A stretch of 64,000 nt of DNA from Candidatus Heimdallarchaeota archaeon (lineage in GTDB: Archaea; Asgardarchaeota; Heimdallarchaeia; Hodarchaeales; Hodarchaeaceae). The stretch spans positions 1,674,050-1,738,049 of the forward strand of contig CP070695.1 of NCBI GenBank assembly GCA_020353515.1, given 5' to 3'. The position numbers and the translations under genes are program-made. The first letter of the stretch is position 1. Each line of letters opens with the position of its first letter. The notes under the pieces are model-generated. The model was not told where the DNA came from, made no database searches, and was given only the letters and a program-made list of their open reading frames with translations. Positions 30,547-41,110 of this stretch are shown here, one piece after another.

Positions 30547-32535
30547 TCAGATTAATTCCGACTGAATTCTTTCATAATAATCCAATGATTCTGGATTAGA
30601 TAAAGCGTCTTTATTGGTCACAGGTTTTCCATGGATAATATTTGTGACTGCTATTTCTACTTTTTTCATTGAGAATGTATAAGGAATGTCTGGTGTTTCT
30701 AAAATTAAAGCAGGAACATGACGAGGTGATGCTTTCTCTCGCAATACTTTCTTTATTTCTTTCTTTAATTCTTCTGTTAATGAATAACCTTCAGCTACTT
30801 TTACAAAGAGAATAATCCTTTGATCTCCTTTCCAGCTCTGACCGATAGCAAGACTATCCTCAATCTCAGGTAACGTTTCAACAGTATTGTAAATCTCGGA
30901 TGTTCCAATACGAACTCCAGAAGGTTTTAAAACAGTATCCGACCTTCCAAAGACTGTCAGCCCCCCTGTATCGCTGTGAATAATAATATAATCTCCATGG
31001 CGCCACACAATTTTTCCCTTTGGTTGAAAAAAGGAGAAATAAGCTTGTTCATATTTCTTATTGGTACTATCATCCCAGAAATAGAGGGGGCCACTAGGGA
31101 ATGGATATTCCACTACTAGTTCTGCTTGCTGATCACGAACCGCTTTTGCCTCATCATCATAAGCTTCAATTTTCATTCCTAATGCACGGCATTGAATCGG
31201 TCTTTCGGCATAAAGAGGTAGAATAGGACACCCCCCTGCAAAAATTGCATTGAGATCAGATCCTCCTGTAATTGAATTGAAATGAAAATCTTTCTTTACG
31301 TCTTTATAGAGCCATTCCATTGTTTCTGATGATATAGATGAAGCAGTTTGAGAAATTACTCGTAAAGAAGACAAATCGAACTCTTCTCCTGGTTGAGCAC
31401 CAATTCCATTAAGGTAATGAAGATAACTAGCACTTGTACCAAAAATTGTCAGTTTTTCATCTTGAATTAATTTCCACATTGCTCCCCAATCGGGATAAAG
31501 TGGGTTTCCATCATATAGGAGAATAGTTGCTCCAACAGCTAGGGAACAGTTGAGCCAATTCCACATCATCCACGAGGGTGAGGTGTTGTACATGATGCGA
31601 TCGGTCTTTTTCACGTCTGTATGCAGGATTAAATCCCTCAGCTGTGTTAGTAGAACCCCTCCAGTACTCTGAACCATACATTTCGGCTTTCCTGTCGTCC
31701 CTGAAGAAAACATAATGTATCCTGGATGAGAAAAAGGTAATTGTGCAAATTTTATTTCTTTCGGATGTGCTTCTGAGGAAAGAAAATCATTATAATCTAT
31801 AGAGCGAGAAATATTATCGATGTTGGGTGAATCTTTGATGTAGGGAGTTACGATCACTCTTTCTATCGAAGGAAGCCCCTTAATAACGTGTTCAACATTA
31901 ATGAGACTAGAAAAAACCTTTCCTTTGTAGAAGTAGCCATCAGCAGCAATCAGAATTTTCGGTTTAATTTGACCAAAGCGATCTAAGACAGCTGTTGGTC
32001 CCAGCTCTGCTCCACATGAAGCCCATGATGCTCCAAGACTTGTAGCCGCTAGCATAGCAATTACTGTTTCTATCAGGTTTGGGATGTATCCAGCTACACA
32101 ATCTCCATGACTAACATCTAACTCTTGTAATGATTTAGTAAATCGGGTTACTTGAGAGAAAAGCTCAGGATAAGTCATTCGCTTTATTCTTTGGTTTTCT
32201 CCGTGGAATATGTAGGCTAAGCGATTTTTTTCTTTATGATGACGTAATAAGTTCTCTGCGAAATTTAATTCTGCTCCTGGAAACCATTTAACTGAAAAGA
32301 AGTCATCAATATTGTCAACAACAGTGTCATACTTCTTTGAAGCAATGATTCCTCCATAATCCCACATAGTTGCCCAAAAATCAGACAATTTTTCAATAGA
32401 CCAGGCATAGAGTTGATGATAAGTTGTCAAATCAAGATTATATTTGCTATTCACATACTCCATAAATTTAGTCATGTTTGCTTGCTTGATTTGCTCCTCA
32501 GAGGGTGTCCAAAGTACTTTTGGAAAAGGTTCCAC
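30547..32535 (-). CDS. acsA: Acetoacetate-CoA ligase
   Basis: WFPGAELNFAENLL, MFSSGTTGKPKC, SWMMWNW, WRHGD, GRSDTVLKPSGVRIGTSEIY, KKVE. Confidence 0.93.
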   Translation of the reverse strand: MEPFPKVLWTPSEEQIKQANMTKFMEYVNSKYNLDLTTYHQLYAWSIEKLSDFWATMWDYGGIIASKKYDTVVDNIDDFFSVKWFPGAELNFAENLLRHHKEKNRLAYIFHGENQRIKRMTYPELFSQVTRFTKSLQELDVSHGDCVAGYIPNLIETVIAMLAATSLGASWASCGAELGPTAVLDRFGQIKPKILIAADGYFYKGKVFSSLINVEHVIKGLPSIERVIVTPYIKDSPNIDNISRSIDYNDFLSSEAHPKEIKFAQLPFSHPGYIMFSSGTTGKPKCMVQSTGGVLLTQLRDLILHTDVKKTDRIMYNTSPSWMMWNWLNCSLAVGATILLYDGNPLYPDWGAMWKLIQDEKLTIFGTSASYLHYLNGIGAQPGEEFDLSSLRVISQTASSISSETMEWLYKDVKKDFHFNSITGGSDLNAIFAGGCPILPLYAERPIQCRALGMKIEAYDDEAKAVRDQQAELVVEYPFPSGPLYFWDDSTNKKYEQAYFSFFQPKGKIVWRHGDYIIIHSDTGGLTVFGRSDTVLKPSGVRIGTSEIYNTVETLPEIEDSLAIGQSWKGDQRIILFVKVAEGYSLTEELKKEIKKVLREKASPRHVPALILETPDIPYTFSMKKVEIAVTNIIHGKPVTNKDALSNPESLDYYERIQSELI

Positions 32536-32610
32536 CTCCTAGATTTCTAATAATGTACTGGTTATTAAAATCTGATCATCTATAAATGAAAAAAAAGTGG
32601 AGAGAGTGGT

Positions 32611-33279
32611 TTACATACTTCTTTTTAATATCTTAATCCATTCGTAAACGGGTTCACATAATTTTTTGATACGTTCTTTTTCGGGGGTCATGGAAGATGG
32701 ATGCCAGCTTGGATCAGGTTCAAACCAGAAGTCAATAAGGTTACCCACCCGTTTTTCTTTACCAGTAAACTTAATTATGACTGGCATGTCTGTTTCAACG
32801 TGCCATGGTTCCTCTATTTTTAGAATATTCGCTATTGCTGTCCTGCTTTCTCCAACAAGGACATATGCAAGAACAAAAGGCAATTTCTTTAACGCACTCT
32901 TGGCAGCAAACCCACAGATCGTGAAAGTATGAAGAATACCTGTGTGAGGCATCTCTACCCACTCTGTTTTTTTAAGTTTACAATCGAGCTTCCAGCAGTT
33001 TACTCGGGGGGGAAAGGTTATGTCTCCACATTTTGGACATTTTGTCCCTAGTAATTTTCCTTCGAGTAAGGCTTTAGCGTATGGACTTAAAGCACCCAAT
33101 CGGAAAGTGTAAAGCATGTCATAGTAGATTTGTTGTTCAATCCAGTCTGCACCCTCGGCTACTCCTGTTCGAACATTCTGCCAAACCCATCCTTTTTCTG
33201 GGATCAATTTATTGAGTTTAGACCACTTTTCCCACTCAAATTCTTTATTATTTGGTGTTGGATGTAAATTCTTTTTCAT
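32611..33279 (-). CDS. DUF35 Zn-ribbon/OB-fold thiolase partner
   Basis: GKLLGTKCPKCG..FPPRVNC...C, PFVLAYV. Confidence 0.9.
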   Translation of the reverse strand: MKKNLHPTPNNKEFEWEKWSKLNKLIPEKGWVWQNVRTGVAEGADWIEQQIYYDMLYTFRLGALSPYAKALLEGKLLGTKCPKCGDITFPPRVNCWKLDCKLKKTEWVEMPHTGILHTFTICGFAAKSALKKLPFVLAYVLVGESRTAIANILKIEEPWHVETDMPVIIKFTGKEKRVGNLIDFWFEPDPSWHPSSMTPEKERIKKLCEPVYEWIKILKRSM

Positions 33280-33290
33280 CTATAATCACC

Positions 33291-34559
33291 TCACACTCTC
33301 TTCAGAATGAAATTGCTTATCGATGTTCCTGTCCCTGCATGAGAATTGACCAAACCGACCTCAGCATCTTTAACTTCATTCTCTGTTGTCCTGTGTTCTC
33401 TTGGAATTAAACCAGTAAGCTGGTAGTAGCATTCGATTGCAGACATTAATCCTGTGGCACCTACTGGATGTCCGTACCCAATAAGTCCACCACCAGGATT
33501 CGTGGGAATTTCCCCATCCATCATCGGCATTCTGTCACGAATGAATTGTTTTGGAGTAATAGACTGACACCATCCAAGAGCATTGTATATTTGGAATTCC
33601 GAGGTGGAAAAAGCATCATGTACTTCTGCTACATCGAGAGATTTGTAGGAATCTTTCCATTCGATACCAGCCATTTTGAAGGCAACTTCCGCGGAATGAC
33701 GACACGCAGCGAATTCCCCTAGTCCAGGGTAACCTTCTCCGTATCGTTCTGTCCATCCTGGAAAGGCATAACGATCACCTGCACGAATGGTACAGGAAGA
33801 TAGACCAGCACCAATAATTTCGACATATTGATCAGGAGCATATTGTTTAGCTATCTGTTCATTACACACTAAGACCGTTGCAGCACCTTCAGACATAAAA
33901 CAACAATCCCATTTTTTTAGTGGGTATGAGATTAATCGGCTATCCATGACATCATCGACTGTTAATTTTTCTCCGACTTTCCGAAAATGCTGAGCTTTCT
34001 CCCCTGTGGCTACGGCATTATTCTTATTTTTAACTGCTATTTCAGCAAAATCTTCTTCTGTTAGTCCATATTGTTCCATAAAAACCCGTGCTAATCCTGC
34101 ATAGTAATTAGTGTAATTTGCTCCAAGCATTGCCTCATATCTTGTGTCGGATGCTATAGCAATGAATTCCGATCCTTTGCTTTGAGAAACAGAACCCATT
34201 AGTTCGTAACCGATCACAGGAACAATATCTGCGAGTCCAGCTCGTACAAGAGCATATGCTGCGTATAAGGCGGATCCACCTGTATTACCACCGTTATCAA
34301 TTCGAAAATGCGGGACACCGACCAAACCCAGATGATCGTGCAGTATCCAGTAAGCTGTCAACTGGTGACTGAAATGGACTGAAAAATGAGAATAAACGAC
34401 CATACCTTTTTCCCTAACATCCTTTAGATGAAACTCGGGAACATCTGTATAGAGTTGCCGGATACAATTTGCCACCATCTCCTCAATTTGAAGGTTTAAT
34501 GGATAATCAAAGGGTGTGGTGGTTCCTCCAGCAATAAACACTCTTTGTTGTTCTGGCAT
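33291..34559 (-). CDS. SCP2-type thiolase-like protein
   Basis: EGAA, AEVHDAF, NPGGGLIGYGHPVGATG. Confidence 0.9.
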   Translation of the reverse strand: MPEQQRVFIAGGTTTPFDYPLNLQIEEMVANCIRQLYTDVPEFHLKDVREKGMVVYSHFSVHFSHQLTAYWILHDHLGLVGVPHFRIDNGGNTGGSALYAAYALVRAGLADIVPVIGYELMGSVSQSKGSEFIAIASDTRYEAMLGANYTNYYAGLARVFMEQYGLTEEDFAEIAVKNKNNAVATGEKAQHFRKVGEKLTVDDVMDSRLISYPLKKWDCCFMSEGAATVLVCNEQIAKQYAPDQYVEIIGAGLSSCTIRAGDRYAFPGWTERYGEGYPGLGEFAACRHSAEVAFKMAGIEWKDSYKSLDVAEVHDAFSTSEFQIYNALGWCQSITPKQFIRDRMPMMDGEIPTNPGGGLIGYGHPVGATGLMSAIECYYQLTGLIPREHRTTENEVKDAEVGLVNSHAGTGTSISNFILKRV

Positions 34560-34824
34560 CTTTTAATCACTTTTTATTTTGCTTAAGTTTTTGGAGATAT
34601 TTTCCAGTCAACAAATGAAAAATTACAAGTAAGCTAGAAATCTCTCCTTAAAAAATCCTCCTTATCTGGCACATTTTTTCCGAGATATATCTATAATGTG
34701 ACTAAAATTAAAGAAAATAGAGGGGAGAAAATGGCTTTAATCAACACTTCTATATTTATGGTTGCACTAATAACTTGTTTTTTTATGTGATAGTTTAACG
34801 TTTCTAAAGGTTGAAAAGATCAAA

Positions 34825-36363
34825 ATGCAATACATTCTTGCTATAGATAGTGGATCAACTGGAATAAGAGCAGTTTTACTTAATAAAAAGGGAGAAATCA
34901 TTGCTCGTGAGTATGAAAAAACAACAGCGCTATATCCCAAAGCAGGGTGGATTGAACATGATCCATTCGATCTTTGGCAGTCATTAAAAACTGTTGTCAA
35001 TAAAATCTTTGAGAGACCTGATATATCTCCAAAAGATATTGCAGCAATTGGGATCACTAATCAGCGCGCGAGCTTCACACTTTGGGATCGAAGCACTGGA
35101 AGACCAGTGATCAACTTCATCAATTGGGCTGATATTCGTGCAGCAGAAACCTGTGATCAGATGAATAAAAATAAGAAATGGCGACTTCTGAAGAAGTTCG
35201 CTTGGGTCGCTAGTAGGATCACACGAAACACGATGCTAACGGCAACTTCTATGCTCAACTATACCACTGATCATGTTACTGTACGATTACGCTGGGTTTT
35301 AGATAACATTGAAGGTTTACACGAACGATGTAAAGCAGGAGAAATAGCCTTTGGAACAATTGATTCGTGGTTTATTTATAAATTAACCGGTGGGAGAGTC
35401 CACGCTTCTGATTATAGTAACGCAGCAACAGGACTCTTGAATCCATTTCAGCTAAAGTGGAATAAACCAATTTTAAGTATTTTTAATATTCCAATGGAAA
35501 TTCTCCCTGAATTAAAGGATACTAATGGAGATTTTGGGACTACTGATCCTACTTTATTTCTGGATGCTGAAATTCCTATTCGTGCTGCATGTGGTGACCA
35601 ACAGGCCGCACTCTTTGGTCAATGCTGTTTTAACAAAGGAGATGTAAAAATTTCACAAGGCTCTGGAAGCTTTGTTGATATGAATGTGGGGTATACGGGG
35701 AAGCTCTCGAAACGAGGTTTATTTCCACTTATCGCATGGGTAATCGATGGAAAAGGTACATATATGCTCGAGGGATTTGTTGCAACTGCAGGTACATTAA
35801 TAGACTGGCTTGGGCAAGGAATTGGATTAAGTGATACACCTAAAATCTTAAATGAGTATGCTGCAAATTGTGAAGATACAGAAGGAGTTATTTTTATACC
35901 TACCCCTTCAGGAATTCGATTTCCTTACTTCTCTCCTAATGCACGAGGAACAATTTTAGGCCTTTCACTAACAATACATCGAAGTCATGTAGCAAGGGCT
36001 GTTTTCGAAGGTATTGCCCTTCGACTTGTAGATATTCTTGAAGGTTTAGAGAAGGATACTAAAATACCAATTCGGTCACTTAGAGCAGATGGTGGGGTTT
36101 CAAAATCAGATATTATGCTACAAAGTCTTGCAGATTTCGCTAATCTAGATGTAATACGTGCACCCGAACCAGATATGACTGCGACTGGTGCAGCATATCT
36201 TGCTGGATTAAGTGTTGGTTTTTGGTTAGATAAGAAACAGTTACAAGAGATCTATGAAAACATGAAACCTCAATCCTTTTCACCTAAGATGGAACCCCAA
36301 AAACGAAAAGCCAAAAGAATACGTTGGAAGAAAGCATTGGAAGCAATATTATCCATTGATTGA
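34825..36363 (+). CDS. glpK: Glycerol kinase, FGGY family, GK5-like
   Basis: [47 protein letters not shown]. Confidence 0.9.
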   Translation: MQYILAIDSGSTGIRAVLLNKKGEIIAREYEKTTALYPKAGWIEHDPFDLWQSLKTVVNKIFERPDISPKDIAAIGITNQRASFTLWDRSTGRPVINFINWADIRAAETCDQMNKNKKWRLLKKFAWVASRITRNTMLTATSMLNYTTDHVTVRLRWVLDNIEGLHERCKAGEIAFGTIDSWFIYKLTGGRVHASDYSNAATGLLNPFQLKWNKPILSIFNIPMEILPELKDTNGDFGTTDPTLFLDAEIPIRAACGDQQAALFGQCCFNKGDVKISQGSGSFVDMNVGYTGKLSKRGLFPLIAWVIDGKGTYMLEGFVATAGTLIDWLGQGIGLSDTPKILNEYAANCEDTEGVIFIPTPSGIRFPYFSPNARGTILGLSLTIHRSHVARAVFEGIALRLVDILEGLEKDTKIPIRSLRADGGVSKSDIMLQSLADFANLDVIRAPEPDMTATGAAYLAGLSVGFWLDKKQLQEIYENMKPQSFSPKMEPQKRKAKRIRWKKALEAILSID

Positions 36364-36369
36364 TTAATA

Positions 36370-38679
36370 ATGGCAGAACATTGGTACAAAGACCTAATGC
36401 AAGAGCTTCGTTTAATTACTATTTCTATTCAAGAATCTCAGGCTATTCAACTAAAGCGAATATCTCGGGAGGAGACCACAGATATAGATGGAAAAAAATT
36501 CCAAGAAAATACTCATGATATTATAGCAAACTTGTTTTCTCAGATTAAACAAGAATTGGGTTCCTCTTCTACGAGGAAAATAGAAAGAGAGATTGTATTT
36601 CGTGCATCAATGAACTATATTAGCAAGCAAATTCTTTCTAAATATCTCCAAAGTGTTCAAAATAAATCTAAAATCCTATATTCCCTCCCAAAAACAGATT
36701 ATGATTATCTAAATCCTTCACAAGAGGTACAAGATAAGTTCGTAGAATTATTTAAGGAATACAAACTAAAAAAATTAAGCTTCGATCAATTAGGAGAAAT
36801 TTACAAAGAAGTTTTGAAATTATGTGATCAACAGAATCCCTTGGGGGCATTTTATACACCAAGAGAGACAGTTGAATATATGGTCTCAAGACTTGATCTA
36901 AAAAGTGATTCAAAAGTTTTTGATCCTGCCTGTGGGAATGGGAACTTTTTAGAATCTTGTACCACGAACCTCAAGAAGAGGAATTTAGATGTAGGTTACG
37001 ATGAATTGAAGGCCAATCAAAAGGCGATAGAACAAGTTTGGGGTAATGATATTGATCCATATGCAGTACTCCTTTCAATTGTCCGTATATTTTCCTTAAA
37101 CGTTGAAAATCAATCATTAGAAAATTTAAACATAACTAATCTTGATGCTCTTGAAATTGAGAGTTGGAATATTTTTAAACATGGAGAAGAAATAGATTGT
37201 ATTATTGGAAATCCTCCATATGGCATTTCCCCATCTTTAGAGCGTAGAGAAATGTATAAAACGATCTATCGTGACGAAGCAAATGTATATGGGTATAAGC
37301 TAGGAGGAAACGATCTTTTTGGGTTTTTTTTAGCAAGTGCGATAAAAATTGTTAAGAATGGAGGGAGGATTTGTTTTATTGGAACTGATACTTTTTTGTC
37401 TTTGAGAACGCATAGGAATCTCAGACAGTTAATATTAAACACATGTAAAATTGATGAAATTCTACTTGCCCCGATAAACTTATTTCGACCTATGACTACG
37501 TCACGTACTTGTATCATTACTCTAACCAAACAATTATGTAAAAATGGATACAATCACTCTTCAAATCCCACTACTCATCAGAATAAACGTTATTGCAATT
37601 GTACTGCTTGTTATAGCAGAAGAAAAAGTCGAATTAGACTAATTAATCGTCTTTACAATCAATCTGAATATTTCAATCCCTCAGATAACAAAGTTCAGAT
37701 TATTAATCAGGAAGAATACGATTATATCAATGGGAATCCATTTTGGATAAATGTTCCTCCAAAAATCATTCAAATAATGAGATTAGCTAATCTACCAGCG
37801 CCAGATAATATTCAAGAAGGCTGGAAATACGTAGAATTAAGAAAATATATTGGTGGTGGTGAAGGGATATCTACAGGTGATAATTCTTCTCATCTTGTTA
37901 TAATAGAAAATTCAAGGCTTTGGAAAAAACTAATGAAAAAGCGAAGTAAGAAACTTGACAGATTTCGGGTTTTGGACGAAGAAAAGATTTTTGATTCTTC
38001 CTCTCTAGATGAGAAGACCCTAGAACAGTATCGATACCATGGGATTGAAGGAGATCAATTTTTAGTTCCGTTTGAAAGGGGTTCCTACATTCCATATTGG
38101 GGAAGTGAGGGTTGGTACATTGATTGGAGCGTATCTTCTGTATTAAAAATAAAAAAACGTGCTAAAGAGTCAAAAGGAAGAAGAGCGGTTTTTAGAAATC
38201 CGCATCTCTATTTTCATTCTGGAATAATAACTGACGCACATCATGGAATTTTAAAAGCAACACTCACTGAAAAAACTATTCCAGCTGGAAATACAAATTT
38301 GTTTTTTGGTTTAGGTGTGGAGATCGAATTTCTCCTAGGGTATTTAAATTCGAAACTAGCGAGTTATTTGTTAGGGAAAATTATCAATACCTCTCTTGGG
38401 GGAATGAGTGGTCACGTAACACCCGAAAATATAAAACGATTGCCTTTATTATTACCAACAGAGAAAAATTCAAAAATCTTTGATGAATTGAAAGGACAAG
38501 TTATCCACCTAACAAGAAAAATCATTTCAAAACTAAAATTTGATTTAAACACGGACTATTCAAAAGAAAAGTCTCAGATCGACAATTTAATCCTCAAATG
38601 GTTTAATCTAGGTGAAACAGAAATAGTAGCTATCGATAATTATGTGAATCAAGTCAAGGTAGAAAAATTACTTTATTAA
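36370..38679 (+). CDS. N6-adenine DNA methyltransferase (gamma class, Eco57I/TaqI-like) with C-terminal target-recognition region
   Basis: GAFYTP, FDPACGNGNF, IIGNPPY, FRN...YF, LLGYLNS. Confidence 0.9.
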   Translation: MAEHWYKDLMQELRLITISIQESQAIQLKRISREETTDIDGKKFQENTHDIIANLFSQIKQELGSSSTRKIEREIVFRASMNYISKQILSKYLQSVQNKSKILYSLPKTDYDYLNPSQEVQDKFVELFKEYKLKKLSFDQLGEIYKEVLKLCDQQNPLGAFYTPRETVEYMVSRLDLKSDSKVFDPACGNGNFLESCTTNLKKRNLDVGYDELKANQKAIEQVWGNDIDPYAVLLSIVRIFSLNVENQSLENLNITNLDALEIESWNIFKHGEEIDCIIGNPPYGISPSLERREMYKTIYRDEANVYGYKLGGNDLFGFFLASAIKIVKNGGRICFIGTDTFLSLRTHRNLRQLILNTCKIDEILLAPINLFRPMTTSRTCIITLTKQLCKNGYNHSSNPTTHQNKRYCNCTACYSRRKSRIRLINRLYNQSEYFNPSDNKVQIINQEEYDYINGNPFWINVPPKIIQIMRLANLPAPDNIQEGWKYVELRKYIGGGEGISTGDNSSHLVIIENSRLWKKLMKKRSKKLDRFRVLDEEKIFDSSSLDEKTLEQYRYHGIEGDQFLVPFERGSYIPYWGSEGWYIDWSVSSVLKIKKRAKESKGRRAVFRNPHLYFHSGIITDAHHGILKATLTEKTIPAGNTNLFFGLGVEIEFLLGYLNSKLASYLLGKIINTSLGGMSGHVTPENIKRLPLLLPTEKNSKIFDELKGQVIHLTRKIISKLKFDLNTDYSKEKSQIDNLILKWFNLGETEIVAIDNYVNQVKVEKLLY

Positions 38680-38728
38680 TGCTATCTTTGAGAATAATAT
38701 CAGAGAGTAACTTGGAAAGAAGAAAATT

Positions 38729-39661
38729 ATGGCATTAACAACACGATTTAAGGATTATTTTGACTTATTTCGTTTTTCTCTTGGAATTTTATGTGCTATT
38801 GCTGTGCTAATAGCTGGTTTTATTGTTCATGTTATACAAGGAGGGGTTCCAGATTTCGTTTCTTTCCTAATGAATAATGGAATAATTTCAATTGATGGAT
38901 TAGTTCTTGGAATGATTGCAACATTATTATTGGCTTCTGCAATAGAGGCGATTAATGATGTTTACGATGTTGAAACTGATATTGCCAATAAACGATTTGA
39001 TAGGCCAATAGCACGAGGAGCTTTTACACCTGAATATGTGCGTAATTTATGTATTACGTTCTTTCTCCTTTCAATTGTGATAACTGTGGTCTTAGTACTA
39101 TTCTATCGTGTTACAGCGGCTTTAATATTCTTTATCTTATTCTTTATAATCATTGGAGTAGGATATAACTATGTAAAACGTAGTGGCTTCATAGGCAATA
39201 TGTGGGTCTCAATAGGTTATGTTGCACCCCTATTCATTGGTTTCTTCTTATTAGGTCCCCAAAACGATCATATAATCGCGATCTGTCTTCTCATTCTAGC
39301 TGTATCTTTTCTCCTAGCAACAGGGAGAGAAATTGTAAAAGACATTCAGGATTATGAGGGGGATCTTCAAACAAACTACTATTCGCTCGCAGTTCGGATT
39401 GGCCCGAAAGGAGCAGCTTATATTGCTATGGTTTTCTTTGCTGTTACAGTAGTTTGTGCTATAATTGTGGGAGTCCTAGTATACAATAACTTAGTATTTT
39501 GGTTATTTCTCCTCGTTTTAGCAATTATATTAGGATTGACTTCGTTCACAATAATTACAGAACCTCCTGCAACAGGTGGGAAAAAGGCCCGGAAGTATAC
39601 TCGGTGGTCTTTATGGTGGGCGCTGGGAGCTTTCTTTATTGGAGTATTTTTTATACCCTAA
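38729..39661 (+). CDS. Digeranylgeranylglyceryl-phosphate synthase (UbiA family)
   Basis: INDVYDVETD..N...RPIARG, YNYVKR.GFIGN, REIVKDIQDYEGD. Confidence 0.88.
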   Translation: MALTTRFKDYFDLFRFSLGILCAIAVLIAGFIVHVIQGGVPDFVSFLMNNGIISIDGLVLGMIATLLLASAIEAINDVYDVETDIANKRFDRPIARGAFTPEYVRNLCITFFLLSIVITVVLVLFYRVTAALIFFILFFIIIGVGYNYVKRSGFIGNMWVSIGYVAPLFIGFFLLGPQNDHIIAICLLILAVSFLLATGREIVKDIQDYEGDLQTNYYSLAVRIGPKGAAYIAMVFFAVTVVCAIIVGVLVYNNLVFWLFLLVLAIILGLTSFTIITEPPATGGKKARKYTRWSLWWALGAFFIGVFFIP

Positions 39662-39673
39662 GTGTTATACTAG

Positions 39674-41101
39674 GTGGTAAATTTGTCAGATGAATTAGAT
39701 GAAGAATCCAAGGACTGGAGTATTCAAGATAACGATTTGCTATATCCTTTTGCAGTAATTCTATTCATGATGTCTTTTTTTGATTTAACAGGATTATTGA
39801 CATCAATCACTGTAGTTAGTACACCAATATCTATGATCATTACGGAGATCTTCAACTTGACACAAACAAGTTATGAATCTGTAAAAATAATTCTAAGACT
39901 TGGAATAAATTTGATAGCCCAGACTGGATTTATTATAAGTTTTCTCTTTCTACACAAAAAAGAAAAACTTGAACCTGAAGAGAAAGACATGCCAGTCGGT
40001 AATCATATTTTTACTACTTATCTCGTTTATTCATTATTAATGGTATTTGCATTATCAACCTTGATTATTGACTTCATTCTAGAAACCCTAGGTCTACCAA
40101 CAGTAAGCCCATACAGTGGAATTGCACCGAATTTGGAATTACTTGGAATTCCGATTTACTATATTCTATTTTTTGCTGTACTCGTAGTAGGAGCTGCGGT
40201 AGGTGAAGAACTGGTCTTTCGAAGAGCATTTATCCCCTATTTGGAGCGTCGTGGTCTTGGAACCTTCTGGGTTCTCCTTTTCTCAAGTCTCCTATTTTCT
40301 TTAATGCACACTCCTGCAGATCTTCTATCTGGATCCATTCGTTTTGCTATAGTACATTTTCTTAACACATTTGCAGGGGGATTCGCCTTAGGCTTTTTAT
40401 ACATGAGAACAAGAAAGATCATTTTTCCTATTATATTACATGGTTTGGTTAACGGTGTAGCGGCTATAGGTCAAATCGGAGACGTCAGATGGAATGAACT
40501 CAACGAATATACATTACTTGGTTTGGGGGGATTGTGGTTATTGACAGCTCTAATTATTGGAGGGGGAACAGTCGTACTGGTTGTGATCCAAATTATACGC
40601 TATAGAAACTCTCCTGAACCACCAGTTTGGCTTTTAATTCTAAGTGATTTTAACCTTCGCTCATCTCGATTACTCCCAGTGAGCTTAATAGCTGCAGGAT
40701 TTATCGGAATAACGGCTGGGCTACCCATTCTTTTTGACTTCTTCTTTCAGTTATTTGGACTGCAAAATTCTGAACTGGCCATTATAAGATATGTATTTGA
40801 AACTGTATATCTCATTTTACTAATAATCCTCCTTGCATATTTTATTTTTAGAAGATCTGGCCCCCTGAAAAAACCAGATTGGGTTTCAGATACTAAATTT
40901 CCTGAAAAGGTAGGTCCAAGTTATCCTACTCCCACAATTGGTCTTCAAATAAATCTCTGTGGTTCATGTGGACGAGAAATTATTCCTCAAACGAAGTTCT
41001 GTGTTTATTGTGGAGAGATGATTGTAAATACTTGTGTTTCCTGTGGAAATGAAATCGTCCCGAACACTGAATTCTGTGTATATTGTGGTACGAAAGTCTA
41101 A
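39674..41101 (+). CDS. CPBP (Rce1/Abi, type II CAAX) intramembrane protease with C-terminal double zinc ribbon
   Basis: EELVFR, FSLMH, HGLVN; CGSCG...FCVYCG...CVSCG...FCVYCG. Confidence 0.9.
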   Translation: MVNLSDELDEESKDWSIQDNDLLYPFAVILFMMSFFDLTGLLTSITVVSTPISMIITEIFNLTQTSYESVKIILRLGINLIAQTGFIISFLFLHKKEKLEPEEKDMPVGNHIFTTYLVYSLLMVFALSTLIIDFILETLGLPTVSPYSGIAPNLELLGIPIYYILFFAVLVVGAAVGEELVFRRAFIPYLERRGLGTFWVLLFSSLLFSLMHTPADLLSGSIRFAIVHFLNTFAGGFALGFLYMRTRKIIFPIILHGLVNGVAAIGQIGDVRWNELNEYTLLGLGGLWLLTALIIGGGTVVLVVIQIIRYRNSPEPPVWLLILSDFNLRSSRLLPVSLIAAGFIGITAGLPILFDFFFQLFGLQNSELAIIRYVFETVYLILLIILLAYFIFRRSGPLKKPDWVSDTKFPEKVGPSYPTPTIGLQINLCGSCGREIIPQTKFCVYCGEMIVNTCVSCGNEIVPNTEFCVYCGTKV

Positions 41102-41110
41102 AACAATTTG

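Noticed and set aside
36370-38679. BREX or complete restriction-modification system
   Set aside because: No partner genes in the window.
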